DNA of 64,000 nt from Clostridia bacterium (GTDB taxonomy: Bacteria; Bacillota; Clostridia; Oscillospirales; Acutalibacteraceae). Location: the NCBI GenBank assembly GCA_017434895.1, contig JAFSGB010000016.1, forward strand, positions 23,013 through 87,012. The letters are read 5' to 3'. This document shows positions 55,142 to 64,000 of this stretch, one piece after another (the stretch's first letter is position 1; the number at the start of each line of letters is the position of its first letter). The position numbers were made by a program, and so were the translations under genes. The notes under the pieces were generated by a model. It was not told the origin of the DNA. It did not search any database and was given only the letters and a program-made list of their open reading frames with translations.

Positions 55142-56173
55142 CTATTGTAATGAGGTTAGCAGTTCGGCTAAACAGTCCCCCACCATTTCTGCCGAGTAGT
55201 GAACCTCCTCCAGAGTATTAACATCGGTTCCAAACTCTATAAGCAAGGAGCCGGTTGTTAGGCTTTGGTTGTAGTTCTTGCTCATCAGCATTAAGGGCCG
55301 AGCCAAGGTGGGATAATTTTTTTCTATTGTTTGCTGCAATTTTACCGCTAATTTAAAATTTTCCTCCCATTTTGGAAAATTTGTGACTGCGCCGCTCTGA
55401 CTGCCTTGAACGAGCATCACCTGAGCGGCTTTTTTCCCGTTTATTTCGGTCTGTAATTTCACCTTATCCCCGTTTTCCTTTGTTACCGCGTCGCGGTGCA
55501 AATCAAGAACAACCTTAATTGACGGATATTTTTTAAGATAAGAATTCACCGTCTCGGCGCTTCGTGAATAGCTTTTTGAATAACTTGGGTAGTCGTGAAG
55601 TGTGGTGTCGTGAAGTGTAACAATCCCCGCCGAATTAAGCTTTTCGGCAACAATTTTACCCACAGATACCATATTTTTTGTGTTGTCCTGACTGCGTGAA
55701 GAAAAGCTCTCGGTAAAATAATCCTTATCGTCGGTTTTAAAGGTTTCGGTGGCGTGTGTGTGGAGAATTAACACCTTCGGGTCGGCATTTTTTTGCACTT
55801 TAAAATTAATTTGCCCCTCCAAATACTTTTTTATACTAATATCAAGACTTGTATTATTTTTTAAATAAACCTTATTGTAGCTGTCCTTTGCCAAATAAGG
55901 CGAATTATACTGGGTAATAATTTTACCCTTTATGGCTTCGGCAGAGGTTTCCACTGCTTCCTCTTTTTGTTCGTTTGCAGTTTCGCTTTTTGATGAGGTT
56001 ATTTCTTGCGTTTCTTCTTTTTTTTCGGTGGAAATGTTTACAAAATTCAAATTTTCACTCTCTATAATAATAGGAGAATCTAAAGGCCTTAGAAGGACGG
56101 AAAATACGCACAAAAAAAGGAGGGAAAAGACAACTAAATTTACCCCAATTATCTTTAAAATTCCACTTTTCAT
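55142..56173 (-). CDS. spoIIP: Stage II sporulation protein P (SpoIIP amidase/peptidase family)
   Basis: N-terminal TM. ..VLILHTHATE.F.., ..LDLHRDA.., ..LLIEFGT..N. Confidence 0.85.
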   Translation of the reverse strand: MKSGILKIIGVNLVVFSLLFLCVFSVLLRPLDSPIIIESENLNFVNISTEKKEETQEITSSKSETANEQKEEAVETSAEAIKGKIITQYNSPYLAKDSYNKVYLKNNTSLDISIKKYLEGQINFKVQKNADPKVLILHTHATETFKTDDKDYFTESFSSRSQDNTKNMVSVGKIVAEKLNSAGIVTLHDTTLHDYPSYSKSYSRSAETVNSYLKKYPSIKVVLDLHRDAVTKENGDKVKLQTEINGKKAAQVMLVQGSQSGAVTNFPKWEENFKLAVKLQQTIEKNYPTLARPLMLMSKNYNQSLTTGSLLIEFGTDVNTLEEVHYSAEMVGDCLAELLTSLQ

Positions 56174-56245
56174 AAGGACTCTTTACTCCTTTTTTAAAAA
56201 CTGTAAAAAACATTTAAAATTTTTCACTTTTTTAAGCTTAAAAGG

Positions 56246-56274
56246 TTGAAAAATAGGACGGTTTATGATATAAT
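56246..56274 (+). promoter_or_regulatory. dnaA promoter
   Basis: TTGAAA, 17-nt spacer, TATAAT. Confidence 0.55.
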
Positions 56275-56322
56275 TTTATAGATTATAATACGCTTATTTT
56301 TAAATGAAAGGACTGTTCAAAA

Positions 56323-57675
56323 ATGCCTGTATCTTCGGTTACAGATATATGGAATTTAGTATGTGACGAATGTTTAAAAATCATCACTCAGGTAGCATTT
56401 GATTGTTTTATAGCAGACCTTAAACCCGTATCATTTAATTCGGGAGAATTGATCATTTCCTGTAAAGAGGAATACGAAAGAGAAATCGTGGCAGACAACT
56501 ACACCGAAATTTTACAACAAAGCGCAAAAAACGCCATGGGCTTCCCCGTTAAAATTACCTTTATTATTGAAAAAGAGGAATCAAGTATACTTCGTGCTGA
56601 AGAATTCAGCGACGGACTTTCTTTTGAGGACTTTTTCACCTTCCAAAATTTCGTGGTAGGCTCCAACAACCGTTTTGCCCACGCCGCTTCTCTTGCTGTT
56701 GCGGACAATCCCGCAGTTAATTCAAATTATAACCCTTTGGTTATATACGGTCCGTCGGGTGTAGGAAAAACACATTTAATGCTTGCAATCAAAAATCACA
56801 TAAAAAAAACCTCACCCTACAAAAAAATTGAATATATTCGCAGTGAAGATTTTACAAATCAGCTTATCAATGCGCTTCAAGAAGGTAAGCTCGGAATAGG
56901 AACGATTGAGGATTTCAGAAACAAATTCCGCAATGCAGATGTTCTCCTTATAGATGATATTCATTTTATTGCCGGAAAAGAACAAACCCAAGAGGAATTT
57001 TTTAACACCTTTAATACTCTTATTCAAAACAATAAACAAATAGTAGTAACTGTGGACCGCCCGCCTAAGGATATTAAAACCTTAGACGACCGTATCCGCT
57101 CAAGACTTGAAGGCGGACTTTTCGCCGATATTCTTGCCCCTGATTTCGAAACAAGGGTTGGAATTATTCTTAAAAAAGCAGAACAATACGGCATTGAAAT
57201 TTCAGAACACATTGCTTTTTACATTGCCGAAAATATTAAGGTTAATACCCGTCAGCTTGAGGGTGTTGTTAAAAAGATTCAGGCTTATATTTCAATTCAA
57301 AATAAGGTTCCTACTGTTTCGGCAGTGCAAGGTATTATAAAGGATATTATAAGCGATACAAAGCCTGAGCCTATTAAGGTGGAAACCATTATTTCAGAGG
57401 TTGCACACACCTATAATATTTCGGAAAGCGATATTTTATCAAACCGTAAGACTGCCGATTTAGTGCTTGCCCGTCAGGTTGCAATGTATATTGCCCGTCA
57501 TACGACCGACCTTTCCTTTAAAGCAATCGGCGAAGCATTTGGAAAAGATCACACCACTGTTCTTTACAATGTAAACAAGATTGAGGAGTTTTTGAAGGAT
57601 AAACCTTATCAAAAAGAGCTTGTTGACGACCTTATTAAAAATTTAAGAACAAGAAGCGAAAACTCATTTAACTAA
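56323..57675 (+). CDS. dnaA: Chromosomal replication initiator DnaA
   Basis: 450 aa. GPSGVGKTHL, LLIDDIHF, C-terminal ..VLARQVAMY..R..T..S...IG..FG.DHTTV. Confidence 0.97.
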   Translation: MPVSSVTDIWNLVCDECLKIITQVAFDCFIADLKPVSFNSGELIISCKEEYEREIVADNYTEILQQSAKNAMGFPVKITFIIEKEESSILRAEEFSDGLSFEDFFTFQNFVVGSNNRFAHAASLAVADNPAVNSNYNPLVIYGPSGVGKTHLMLAIKNHIKKTSPYKKIEYIRSEDFTNQLINALQEGKLGIGTIEDFRNKFRNADVLLIDDIHFIAGKEQTQEEFFNTFNTLIQNNKQIVVTVDRPPKDIKTLDDRIRSRLEGGLFADILAPDFETRVGIILKKAEQYGIEISEHIAFYIAENIKVNTRQLEGVVKKIQAYISIQNKVPTVSAVQGIIKDIISDTKPEPIKVETIISEVAHTYNISESDILSNRKTADLVLARQVAMYIARHTTDLSFKAIGEAFGKDHTTVLYNVNKIEEFLKDKPYQKELVDDLIKNLRTRSENSFN

Positions 57676-57886
57676 TAAGAAGTTATCCACAGTTTTAACC
57701 TTAATTAACCTAAGGTTTATCCACACTTCTTTTTATAAAATAATTTATTAGATTTATCCACTTTTTATCAAATTTTGTTTTAACCTCTTCTTTTCGCTTT
57801 AAATAAGGATTTAAGTGAGTTTTCCTCAGTTTTCACATACTTTATTACTACTGTTATTTTATATATTCTTTTTAGGAGGAAAAAAT
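57676..57886 (+). other. oriC: dnaA-dnaN spacer with DnaA boxes and AT-rich DNA
   Basis: TTATCCACA at 57683-57691 and 57717-57725, and TTATCCACT at 57754-57762, all in the same orientation. AT-rich tracts lie between and after them. Confidence 0.8.
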
Positions 57887-58987
57887 ATGTTTTTTACAAC
57901 CGAACGTGCTTCTCTTTTAGAAGCAGTTTCCCGTTTGCAAAGAGTAGTAGGAGCTAAAACCTCCATGCCTATACTTGAAGGAATTTTAATTTCTGCTGAG
58001 CAAGGAAAAGCAACCCTTATAGCGTACAACCTTGAAATGGGAATGAAAAAGGAAATTTATGCCAACTGTAAAAGTGAGGGTGATATTGTTATTAATGCCC
58101 GTTTACTTGCAGATATTTTAAGAAGAATGAACGGTCTTAATGTAGAAATTGAGACCGATGAAAAATTACAGTGCCATATAAGATGTGATGAGGCTACTTT
58201 TGATATTATGGGAATGGCTGCCGCTGATTTTCCTGAAATGCCTACTGTTAGCGAAGGAAATGGAATATCAATAGAATCTGATATTATGTCAGAAATGATT
58301 AAAACCACGATTTTTTCTGCCGCAACTAATGAGGGTGCAAAGCCGATTTTAACCGGTATTAATTTTGAGGTTTCAAATTGTAAATTAAGACTTGTCGGTA
58401 TTGACGGCTTTAGACTCGCTATAAGAGAGGAAAAAGTAAAAGAAACAAAGGATATTGAATTTACAGTTTCAAATAAGGCAGTGGCTGAGGTATTAAGACT
58501 TATTGACGAGCAAAGCAAAAACGTAAATATTATTGTTGGAAATCGCCTTATTTCCTTTGAAATTAACGGCTATTTCTTTATTTCAAGGCTTATAGAGGGT
58601 GAATTTGTAAATTATAGAAAAACCTTGCCCACAGGGTATTTACAAAGGGTAGTTGTTAATACCCGTGATTTAATAAACATAATTGAGCGTGTTTCATTAC
58701 TTATAAGCGAAAGCTTTTCTACCCCTATTCGGTGTTATTTTAATGAATTAAATGTTGTATTTACCTGTGCTACCTCTGTTGGACGCGCTACCGAAACATT
58801 TAATATTACATTAGAGGGAGAAAATTTTGAAATAGGCCTTAACAGCAGATATCTGCTTGATGCACTGCGCGCGGTAGATACCGAGGAAATTCAAATTCTT
58901 TTCAACGGTTCAGATGCGGCAATTCTTATTTTACCTCCCGACGGCGAACGATTTAAATATATGATTATGCCTATGAGGTTGAGATAG
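57887..58987 (+). CDS. dnaN: DNA polymerase III beta sliding clamp
   Basis: 366 aa from the ATG after AGGAGG. ..PILEGILI.., ..ATDGFRLA-like IDGFRLA.., C-terminal ..MPMRL. Confidence 0.95.
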   Translation: MFFTTERASLLEAVSRLQRVVGAKTSMPILEGILISAEQGKATLIAYNLEMGMKKEIYANCKSEGDIVINARLLADILRRMNGLNVEIETDEKLQCHIRCDEATFDIMGMAAADFPEMPTVSEGNGISIESDIMSEMIKTTIFSAATNEGAKPILTGINFEVSNCKLRLVGIDGFRLAIREEKVKETKDIEFTVSNKAVAEVLRLIDEQSKNVNIIVGNRLISFEINGYFFISRLIEGEFVNYRKTLPTGYLQRVVVNTRDLINIIERVSLLISESFSTPIRCYFNELNVVFTCATSVGRATETFNITLEGENFEIGLNSRYLLDALRAVDTEEIQILFNGSDAAILILPPDGERFKYMIMPMRLR

Positions 58988-59199
58988 TGGAATATAAAGA
59001 GCTTAAAATTAAAGAGGATTTTATAAAGCTGGACTCTGCACTGAAATTTGCAAGCCTTGTGCCTACGGGAGGAATTGCCAAAATGGTAATTTTAGAGGGT
59101 TTGGTAAAGGTTAACGGTGAGGTTTGCTTCCAGAGAGGAAAAAAACTTTTTAAAGGAGATAAAGCCGAGTACGACGGTGAGGGCTTTATAATATTATGA
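58987..59199 (+). CDS. yaaA: S4-domain RNA-binding protein (YaaA/RlbA type)
   Basis: 70 aa. ..I.L...LK......GG.AK..I..G.V.VNGE...RRG-like. GTG start overlapping the dnaN stop. Conserved position. Confidence 0.8.
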   Translation: MEYKELKIKEDFIKLDSALKFASLVPTGGIAKMVILEGLVKVNGEVCFQRGKKLFKGDKAEYDGEGFIIL

Positions 59200-60275
59200 G
59201 GATTAATTCCTTAACACTAAAAAACTTTCGCAATATAGAAAATATAAACCTTTCTCCAAATAAAGAAATGAATGTTATATTTGGGGAGAATGCCCAGGGA
59301 AAAACAAATCTAATAGAGGGTATGTGGCTTCTTACGGGAGCTAAAAGCTTTAGGGGAGCAAGGGAAGACGAGCTTAAAAAATTCGGTTGCGACAGGGCTT
59401 TGATTTTTGCTGAATTTGAAAGCGAGCAGATTGAAAAGTCTATTAAAATTGAAATTAATGACAAGAGGCGGGTATTTTTAAATAAAAAATCATTAAAAAC
59501 CGCTTCAAAGCTTGCAGGGCATTTAAATGCGATTGTTTTTTGTCCCGATGACTTAAAAATTTTAAGTGACGGGCCAAGTATCAGACGAAAATTTTTAGAC
59601 ACTGCAATTTGTCAGTTATATCCCGCTTACATAGAAATTTTAAAGGCTTATAACCGAGCAGTGATTCAAAGAAATAAAGTTATAAAGGAAGCAAGGATAT
59701 ATCCCGAAATTGAGGATATGCTGGAGGTTTTTGAAAAAGAAATTGCCGAAAAGGGCGAAAAAATAATAAAATACCGCGAAAGATATATAGAAATTTTAAA
59801 AGAAATAAGCCCTAATATTTACAAAGGTATAAGCGAAGGCACAGAAAATTTAGAAATTGAGTATGTAAAATCTTTTAAAGATGGTTCTTTAAAAGAAAAT
59901 TTAAAATTAGCCCGACGGGCGGATATGTTTTCTGCCAAAACCTCGGTAGGACCCCACAGGGACGATTTAAAATTTAAAATCAACGGATGCGATGCTAAAA
60001 ACTTTGGATCTCAAGGACAAAAACGAAGCGTTGCATTAACCTTAAAACTAAGCGAAGCCGAAATAATAAAGAAAAATACAGGGGAAAGTCCAATTTGCTT
60101 ACTTGACGATATTATGAGCGAATTAGATCCTAAAAGGCAAAACTATATTTTAAACCACATTAAAGGAATGCAGACCTTTTTAAGCTGTTGCGACCCTCAA
60201 AATGTAAAGAATTTAAAAGAGGGTACAAAAATTAAGATAGAAAAAGGGGAAATTGTGGAATGTACCTCCATTTAG
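59196..60275 (+). CDS. recF: DNA replication/repair protein RecF
   Basis: 359 aa. L.NFRN, GENAQGKTN, GPHRDD, SQGQ.RS..L.LKL, LLDD..SELD. Confidence 0.95.
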   Translation: MRINSLTLKNFRNIENINLSPNKEMNVIFGENAQGKTNLIEGMWLLTGAKSFRGAREDELKKFGCDRALIFAEFESEQIEKSIKIEINDKRRVFLNKKSLKTASKLAGHLNAIVFCPDDLKILSDGPSIRRKFLDTAICQLYPAYIEILKAYNRAVIQRNKVIKEARIYPEIEDMLEVFEKEIAEKGEKIIKYRERYIEILKEISPNIYKGISEGTENLEIEYVKSFKDGSLKENLKLARRADMFSAKTSVGPHRDDLKFKINGCDAKNFGSQGQKRSVALTLKLSEAEIIKKNTGESPICLLDDIMSELDPKRQNYILNHIKGMQTFLSCCDPQNVKNLKEGTKIKIEKGEIVECTSI

Positions 60276-60508
60276 GTGTGGATTCGGTTGTCCGCGAGGA
60301 TGAAATTATCGGTATTTTTGATTTGGACAGTACCACTGTTTCAAAGCATACAAGAAAATTTTTAGAGGTTGCTGAAAAAAACAAAAAGGTACATAACGTT
60401 TCCTTTGAACTTCCAAAATCCTTTGTGCTAACAGGAAAAAAAAATAAAACAAAGGTTTATATTTCTCAAATTTCTTCTACTACGCTTTATAAGCGTTCTA
60501 TAATTTAA
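60260..60508 (+). CDS. remB: DUF370/RemB (YaaB)-family protein
   Basis: 82 aa. ..IIGIFDLD... It sits between recF and gyrB, as in Bacillus. Confidence 0.7.
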   Translation: MYLHLGVDSVVREDEIIGIFDLDSTTVSKHTRKFLEVAEKNKKVHNVSFELPKSFVLTGKKNKTKVYISQISSTTLYKRSII

Positions 60509-60538
60509 AAATTTTACTCAAAGAAAGGAAATATTTTA

Positions 60539-62482
60539 ATGAGTAATGAAAATTTAATACCCGTTGATGGAAATTATGATGAAAGCTCCATTCAGGTTTT
60601 AGAGGGACTTGAAGCGGTAAGAAAGCGTCCCGGTATGTATATAGGTTCCACCGGTGAGAGAGGACTCCACCATTTAGTTTACGAAATTGTGGATAATGCT
60701 ATTGACGAAGCCTTAGCAGGATACTGTGATAAAATAACTGTCGAAATTTTGGACGACGGTGTTATTCGTGTTACCGATAACGGACGCGGAATTCCAGTAG
60801 GAATTAACCCTCAAAAGGGGATACCCACTGTTACTGTTGTTTTCACAATTCTGCACGCGGGCGGAAAGTTCGGAGGCGGAGGATACAAGGTATCGGGCGG
60901 ACTTCACGGTGTAGGAGCTTCTGTTGTTAATGCTTTATCCTCTTGGCTTGAGGTTGAAGTTAAGGACGGAGAAAAGATTTACAAGGAGCGTTATGAAAAG
61001 GGTAATGTTTCGGAAGCTTTAAAGGAAATAGGAACCACCACCGAAAAGGGTACCACCGTTACCTTTAAACCTGATCCCACAATATTTACTGACACTACCC
61101 GTTACGATTACGATACCCTGCTTAAAAGACTTCGTGAGCAAGCTTTCCTTAATGCGGGAATTCGTGTTGTACTTAAGGATCTAAGAAGTGACGCTGATTT
61201 ACCTGATCGCACCGACGATTTTAAGTATGAAGGCGGAATTAAGTCTTATGTAGAATATATTTTACAGGGAATGAAAAAGGATAGCCTTAATAGCGAGGTT
61301 ATTTATCTAAGCGGTCAGAAAAACGACGAAACCGCAGAAATTGCTCTTATTTGGTCTACTGCCTACGATAACAGGGTGATGTCTTTTGCTAATACACTTC
61401 ACACTGTTGACGGCGGTACTCACGAGCAAGCCTTCAAACAAAGTCTAGCAAATATTGTTAATAAATATGCCTTTGAATTTAAAAAATTAAAAGAGGGCAA
61501 TGCCCGACTTAAGGGAGACGATATTTTAGAGGGCGTTGTGGCGGTTGTATCTGTAAAGCTTGCTGATGCTCAATTTGAAAGCCAAACTAAAGCTAAGCTT
61601 GGTAACACCTCGGTAGGTCAGCTGGTAAGGGATATTGTCAATGACCAGCTTTACAAGTTCCTTGAGGAAAATCCAAATGAAGCTAAGATAATTGTTGATA
61701 AGGCAATTGCCGCATCTAATGCCCGCGAGGCCGCTCAAAAGGCAAGAGATTTGCAAAGAAGCAAGTCAGGTATCGGCGGTAAAACCCGTATGCCTGAAAA
61801 ACTAAAGGACTGCATTTCCAACGACCCCACCAAGACCGAAATCTTTATTGTAGAGGGTGACTCTGCAGGAGGCTCGGCAGTTGAAGGCAGAAACAGTACT
61901 TACCAAGCAATTCTGCCTCTTTGGGGTAAAATGCTTAATGTTGAAAAAGCCCGTGTTGATAAGGTTTACGGCAACGATAAATTAACCCCCGTTGTTGTAG
62001 CGTTAGGTACGGGAATTGCCGAAAATTTTGATATCGAAAAGCTTCGCTACGATAAAATTGTTATTATGGCGGATGCCGATGTTGACGGAAGCCATATCAG
62101 AACTCTGCTTTTGACATTTTTCTTTAGATATATGCCTCAGCTTATTGAAACCGGTCATATTTATTTAGCACAACCGCCGCTTTACCGCGTTGCAAAGGGA
62201 AAGAGATATTTTGATGCCTTTACCGACGAGGAGCGCGACCGCTTTATTGAGGAATTAGGCGGTAATGTTGACGTTCAGCGTTACAAAGGTCTTGGTGAAA
62301 TGAACCCCGAGCAACTTTGGGAAACCACCCTTGACCCTGAGCACAGAACCATGCTTAAGGTTACAATGGCAGACGCTGAGCTTGCCGACCAAACCTTTAC
62401 AATGCTAATGGGAGAAGAGGTTGAACCCAGAAGAAAATTCATTGAAGAAAACGCAGTATTTGCGACCGATTTGGACATTTAA
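60539..62482 (+). CDS. gyrB: DNA gyrase subunit B
   Basis: 647 aa. LEGLEAVRKRPGMYIGS, HEQAFK-type, EGDSAGGS, PL.GK.LNVEKA, Toprim DADVDG. Confidence 0.97.
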   Translation: MSNENLIPVDGNYDESSIQVLEGLEAVRKRPGMYIGSTGERGLHHLVYEIVDNAIDEALAGYCDKITVEILDDGVIRVTDNGRGIPVGINPQKGIPTVTVVFTILHAGGKFGGGGYKVSGGLHGVGASVVNALSSWLEVEVKDGEKIYKERYEKGNVSEALKEIGTTTEKGTTVTFKPDPTIFTDTTRYDYDTLLKRLREQAFLNAGIRVVLKDLRSDADLPDRTDDFKYEGGIKSYVEYILQGMKKDSLNSEVIYLSGQKNDETAEIALIWSTAYDNRVMSFANTLHTVDGGTHEQAFKQSLANIVNKYAFEFKKLKEGNARLKGDDILEGVVAVVSVKLADAQFESQTKAKLGNTSVGQLVRDIVNDQLYKFLEENPNEAKIIVDKAIAASNAREAAQKARDLQRSKSGIGGKTRMPEKLKDCISNDPTKTEIFIVEGDSAGGSAVEGRNSTYQAILPLWGKMLNVEKARVDKVYGNDKLTPVVVALGTGIAENFDIEKLRYDKIVIMADADVDGSHIRTLLLTFFFRYMPQLIETGHIYLAQPPLYRVAKGKRYFDAFTDEERDRFIEELGGNVDVQRYKGLGEMNPEQLWETTLDPEHRTMLKVTMADAELADQTFTMLMGEEVEPRRKFIEENAVFATDLDI

Positions 62483-62499
62483 GGGAAGGAGGAATTAAA

Positions 62500-64000
62500 A
62501 TGGCAAAGAATGAAAATGTTTACTGGCCCAGTGATGAGGAAACCAACATTAAAAACGTAGAAATTGTTGACGAAGTACGTCAGAGTATGCTTCAATATTC
62601 AATGTCGGTGCTTGTGGGACGTGCTATTCCCGATGTGCGTGACGGCTTAAAGCCCGTTCACCGCAGAATTCTTTACACAATGTATGAAAACGGCTTAACC
62701 CCCGATAAGGCATATCGTAAGTGCGCCGACACCGTAGGTTCGGTGCTTGGTCGTTACCACCCCCATGGAGACGCCAGTGTTTACGATGCAATGGTCCGTA
62801 TGGCGCAGGATTTCTCCCTTAGATATCCCCTTATTGACGGTCACGGAAACTTCGGTAATATTGACGGCTACCCCGCCGCCGCATATAGATACACAGAATC
62901 AAGAATGAACCGTCTGTCTTTAAGTATGCTTGACGATATTGACAAAGAAACCGTTGATTTCTCCCCCAACTATGACAACCGTCTTGAGGAGCCTGAGGTT
63001 TTACCTGTTCGTTTCCCGCAACTTCTTGTTAACGGAAGCAGCGGTATTGCTGTTGGTATGGCTACCGAAATTCCTCCCCACAATTTAGGTGAGGTTATTG
63101 ACGGTATGTGTTGCCTTATTGATAACCCCGAGGCAGAGCTTTCTGACCTTTGCGAGCACATAAAGGGCCCTGACTTCCCCACAGGCGGAATTATTATGGG
63201 CAGAAGCGGTATTCGCGCTGCTTACGCTACGGGTCGCGGAAAAATTGTACTTCGAGGCAAAGCCGAAATTGAAGAGGTTAAAAACGGAAAATTCCGCATT
63301 GTTATAACCGAAATTCCCTACAAGGTTAAAAAACAAGAACTTGTTAAGAATATTTATGACCTTGCCGCCGATAAGCGAATTGAGGGTATTGACGATGTTG
63401 TTGACTATTCAAGTAAGCGTGACGGCGGTATCAGAATTATAGTTGACCTTAAAAAGGATGCCAATCCTCAGGTTGTGCTTAACAAAATCTATCGCTACAC
63501 CTCTTTGCAGACTACCTTTGGAGCAATTTTGTTGGCAATCGTAAACGGTAAGCCTCAAATTTTGACACTCAAAGAAATGCTCCAAAACTGCATTGACTTC
63601 CAGTATGACATAATTTACAGACGAACAGCATACGATAAGCGTAAAGCCGAGGAGCGCGCCCACATTTTAGAGGGCTTAAAGATAGCGCTTGACTTTATTG
63701 ATGAGGTTATTGCCATTATCCGAGGCTCCAAAACTATTCCCGAAAGTAAAGAAGCGCTTTCCGAGCGTTTTGGACTGGACGATATTCAGACCACTGCCAT
63801 TGTTCAAATGCAGTTAGGTAAATTATCAGGTCTTGAAAAGCAGAAAATTCTTGACGAATTAGAGGAAAAGCTCAATTTCATTAAGGAATGCACCGAAATT
63901 TTAGGCTCGAGAGAGAGAATACTTGACATTGTTAAGACCGAGGCATTAAATCTTAGAGATAAATACTCTGATGACCGCAAAACCGAGATTACAGATATTG
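62500..64000 (+). CDS. gyrA: DNA gyrase subunit A (5' partial; runs off the window)
   Basis: My own translation from the ATG at 62500 after GGAAGGAGG gives MAKNENVYW..EVRQSMLQYSMSVLVGRAIPDVRDGLKPVHRRILYTMY... The frame is open to the end of the window. Confidence 0.95.
   Translation, partial: MAKNENVYWPSDEETNIKNVEIVDEVRQSMLQYSMSVLVGRAIPDVRDGLKPVHRRILYTMYENGLTPDKAYRKCADTVGSVLGRYHPHGDASVYDAMVRMAQDFSLRYPLIDGHGNFGNIDGYPAAAYRYTESRMNRLSLSMLDDIDKETVDFSPNYDNRLEEPEVLPVRFPQLLVNGSSGIAVGMATEIPPHNLGEVIDGMCCLIDNPEAELSDLCEHIKGPDFPTGGIIMGRSGIRAAYATGRGKIVLRGKAEIEEVKNGKFRIVITEIPYKVKKQELVKNIYDLAADKRIEGIDDVVDYSSKRDGGIRIIVDLKKDANPQVVLNKIYRYTSLQTTFGAILLAIVNGKPQILTLKEMLQNCIDFQYDIIYRRTAYDKRKAEERAHILEGLKIALDFIDEVIAIIRGSKTIPESKEALSERFGLDDIQTTAIVQMQLGKLSGLEKQKILDELEEKLNFIKECTEILGSRERILDIVKTEALNLRDKYSDDRKTEITDI

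Noticed and set aside
56174-56322. DnaA boxes upstream of dnaA
   Set aside because: I found neither TTATCCACA nor TGTGGATAA by eye at two or fewer mismatches. Only a promoter is evident.
133-63663. The many 60-160-aa track ORFs that overlap long conserved genes on the opposite strand or in another frame (for example 133-465, 498-857, 12076-12370, 27680-28072, 42454-43071, 49080-49874, 58057-58518)
   Set aside because: Each lies wholly inside a gene with strong family motifs, lacks an RBS and has shadow-frame composition. I treated them as non-coding.
1-64000. CRISPR arrays, rRNA/tRNA genes, IS elements, prophage or integrase genes, toxin-antitoxin or defence islands
   Set aside because: None of these was seen. 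There are no regularly spaced direct repeats, no transposase-, integrase- or recombinase-like ORFs in the track, and no tRNA-like cloverleaf at gene boundaries. The only repeats are those reported above.

Overview
This is an origin-proximal chromosomal segment of a low-GC, spore-forming Firmicute, probably Clostridia. That placement rests on spoIVB, spoIIP, a reverse rubrerythrin/rubredoxin/PerR-like cluster, Rex, and the dnaA-dnaN-yaaA-recF-remB-gyrB-gyrA block with DnaA boxes between dnaA and dnaN.

Most of the window is housekeeping:
- thrS with a T-box leader
- a complete his operon led by a yerC-type regulator
- a tightly coupled queT-comEC-holA-toprim-WYL-trmB-rsmG string
- lexA-rnhA, polA, tsaD, mreBCD-PBP2-minD-like-mgsA-hisS-aspS
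- a GldA/F/G-like ABC cluster with a DUF4340 protein

I found no rRNA, tRNA, CRISPR array, transposase, integrase or recognisable defence system, and I cannot point to a convincing new multi-gene system.

The parts most worth a second look:
1. A 118-nt, three-hairpin element with a closing inverted repeat is present twice (92% identical, one compensatory base-pair change). It could be a MITE-like repeat or an unannotated structured RNA.
2. The eroded accessory patch at about 5.9-10.7 kb. It holds a 168-bp direct repeat bracketing an SGNH-hydrolase/AraC module, a chimeric pseudogene, a stray spoIVB 3' fragment, and a BspA-like surface protein with exact 39-aa His/Cys repeats.
3. Three in-frame gene fusions or splits: HisZ-HisG, LMW-PTP-RimI, and a split TauE/SafE.
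4. A second short intergenic element family that supplies stop codons and Shine-Dalgarno sites.

All calls come from reading the ORF translations and the sequence by eye. No database search was run.
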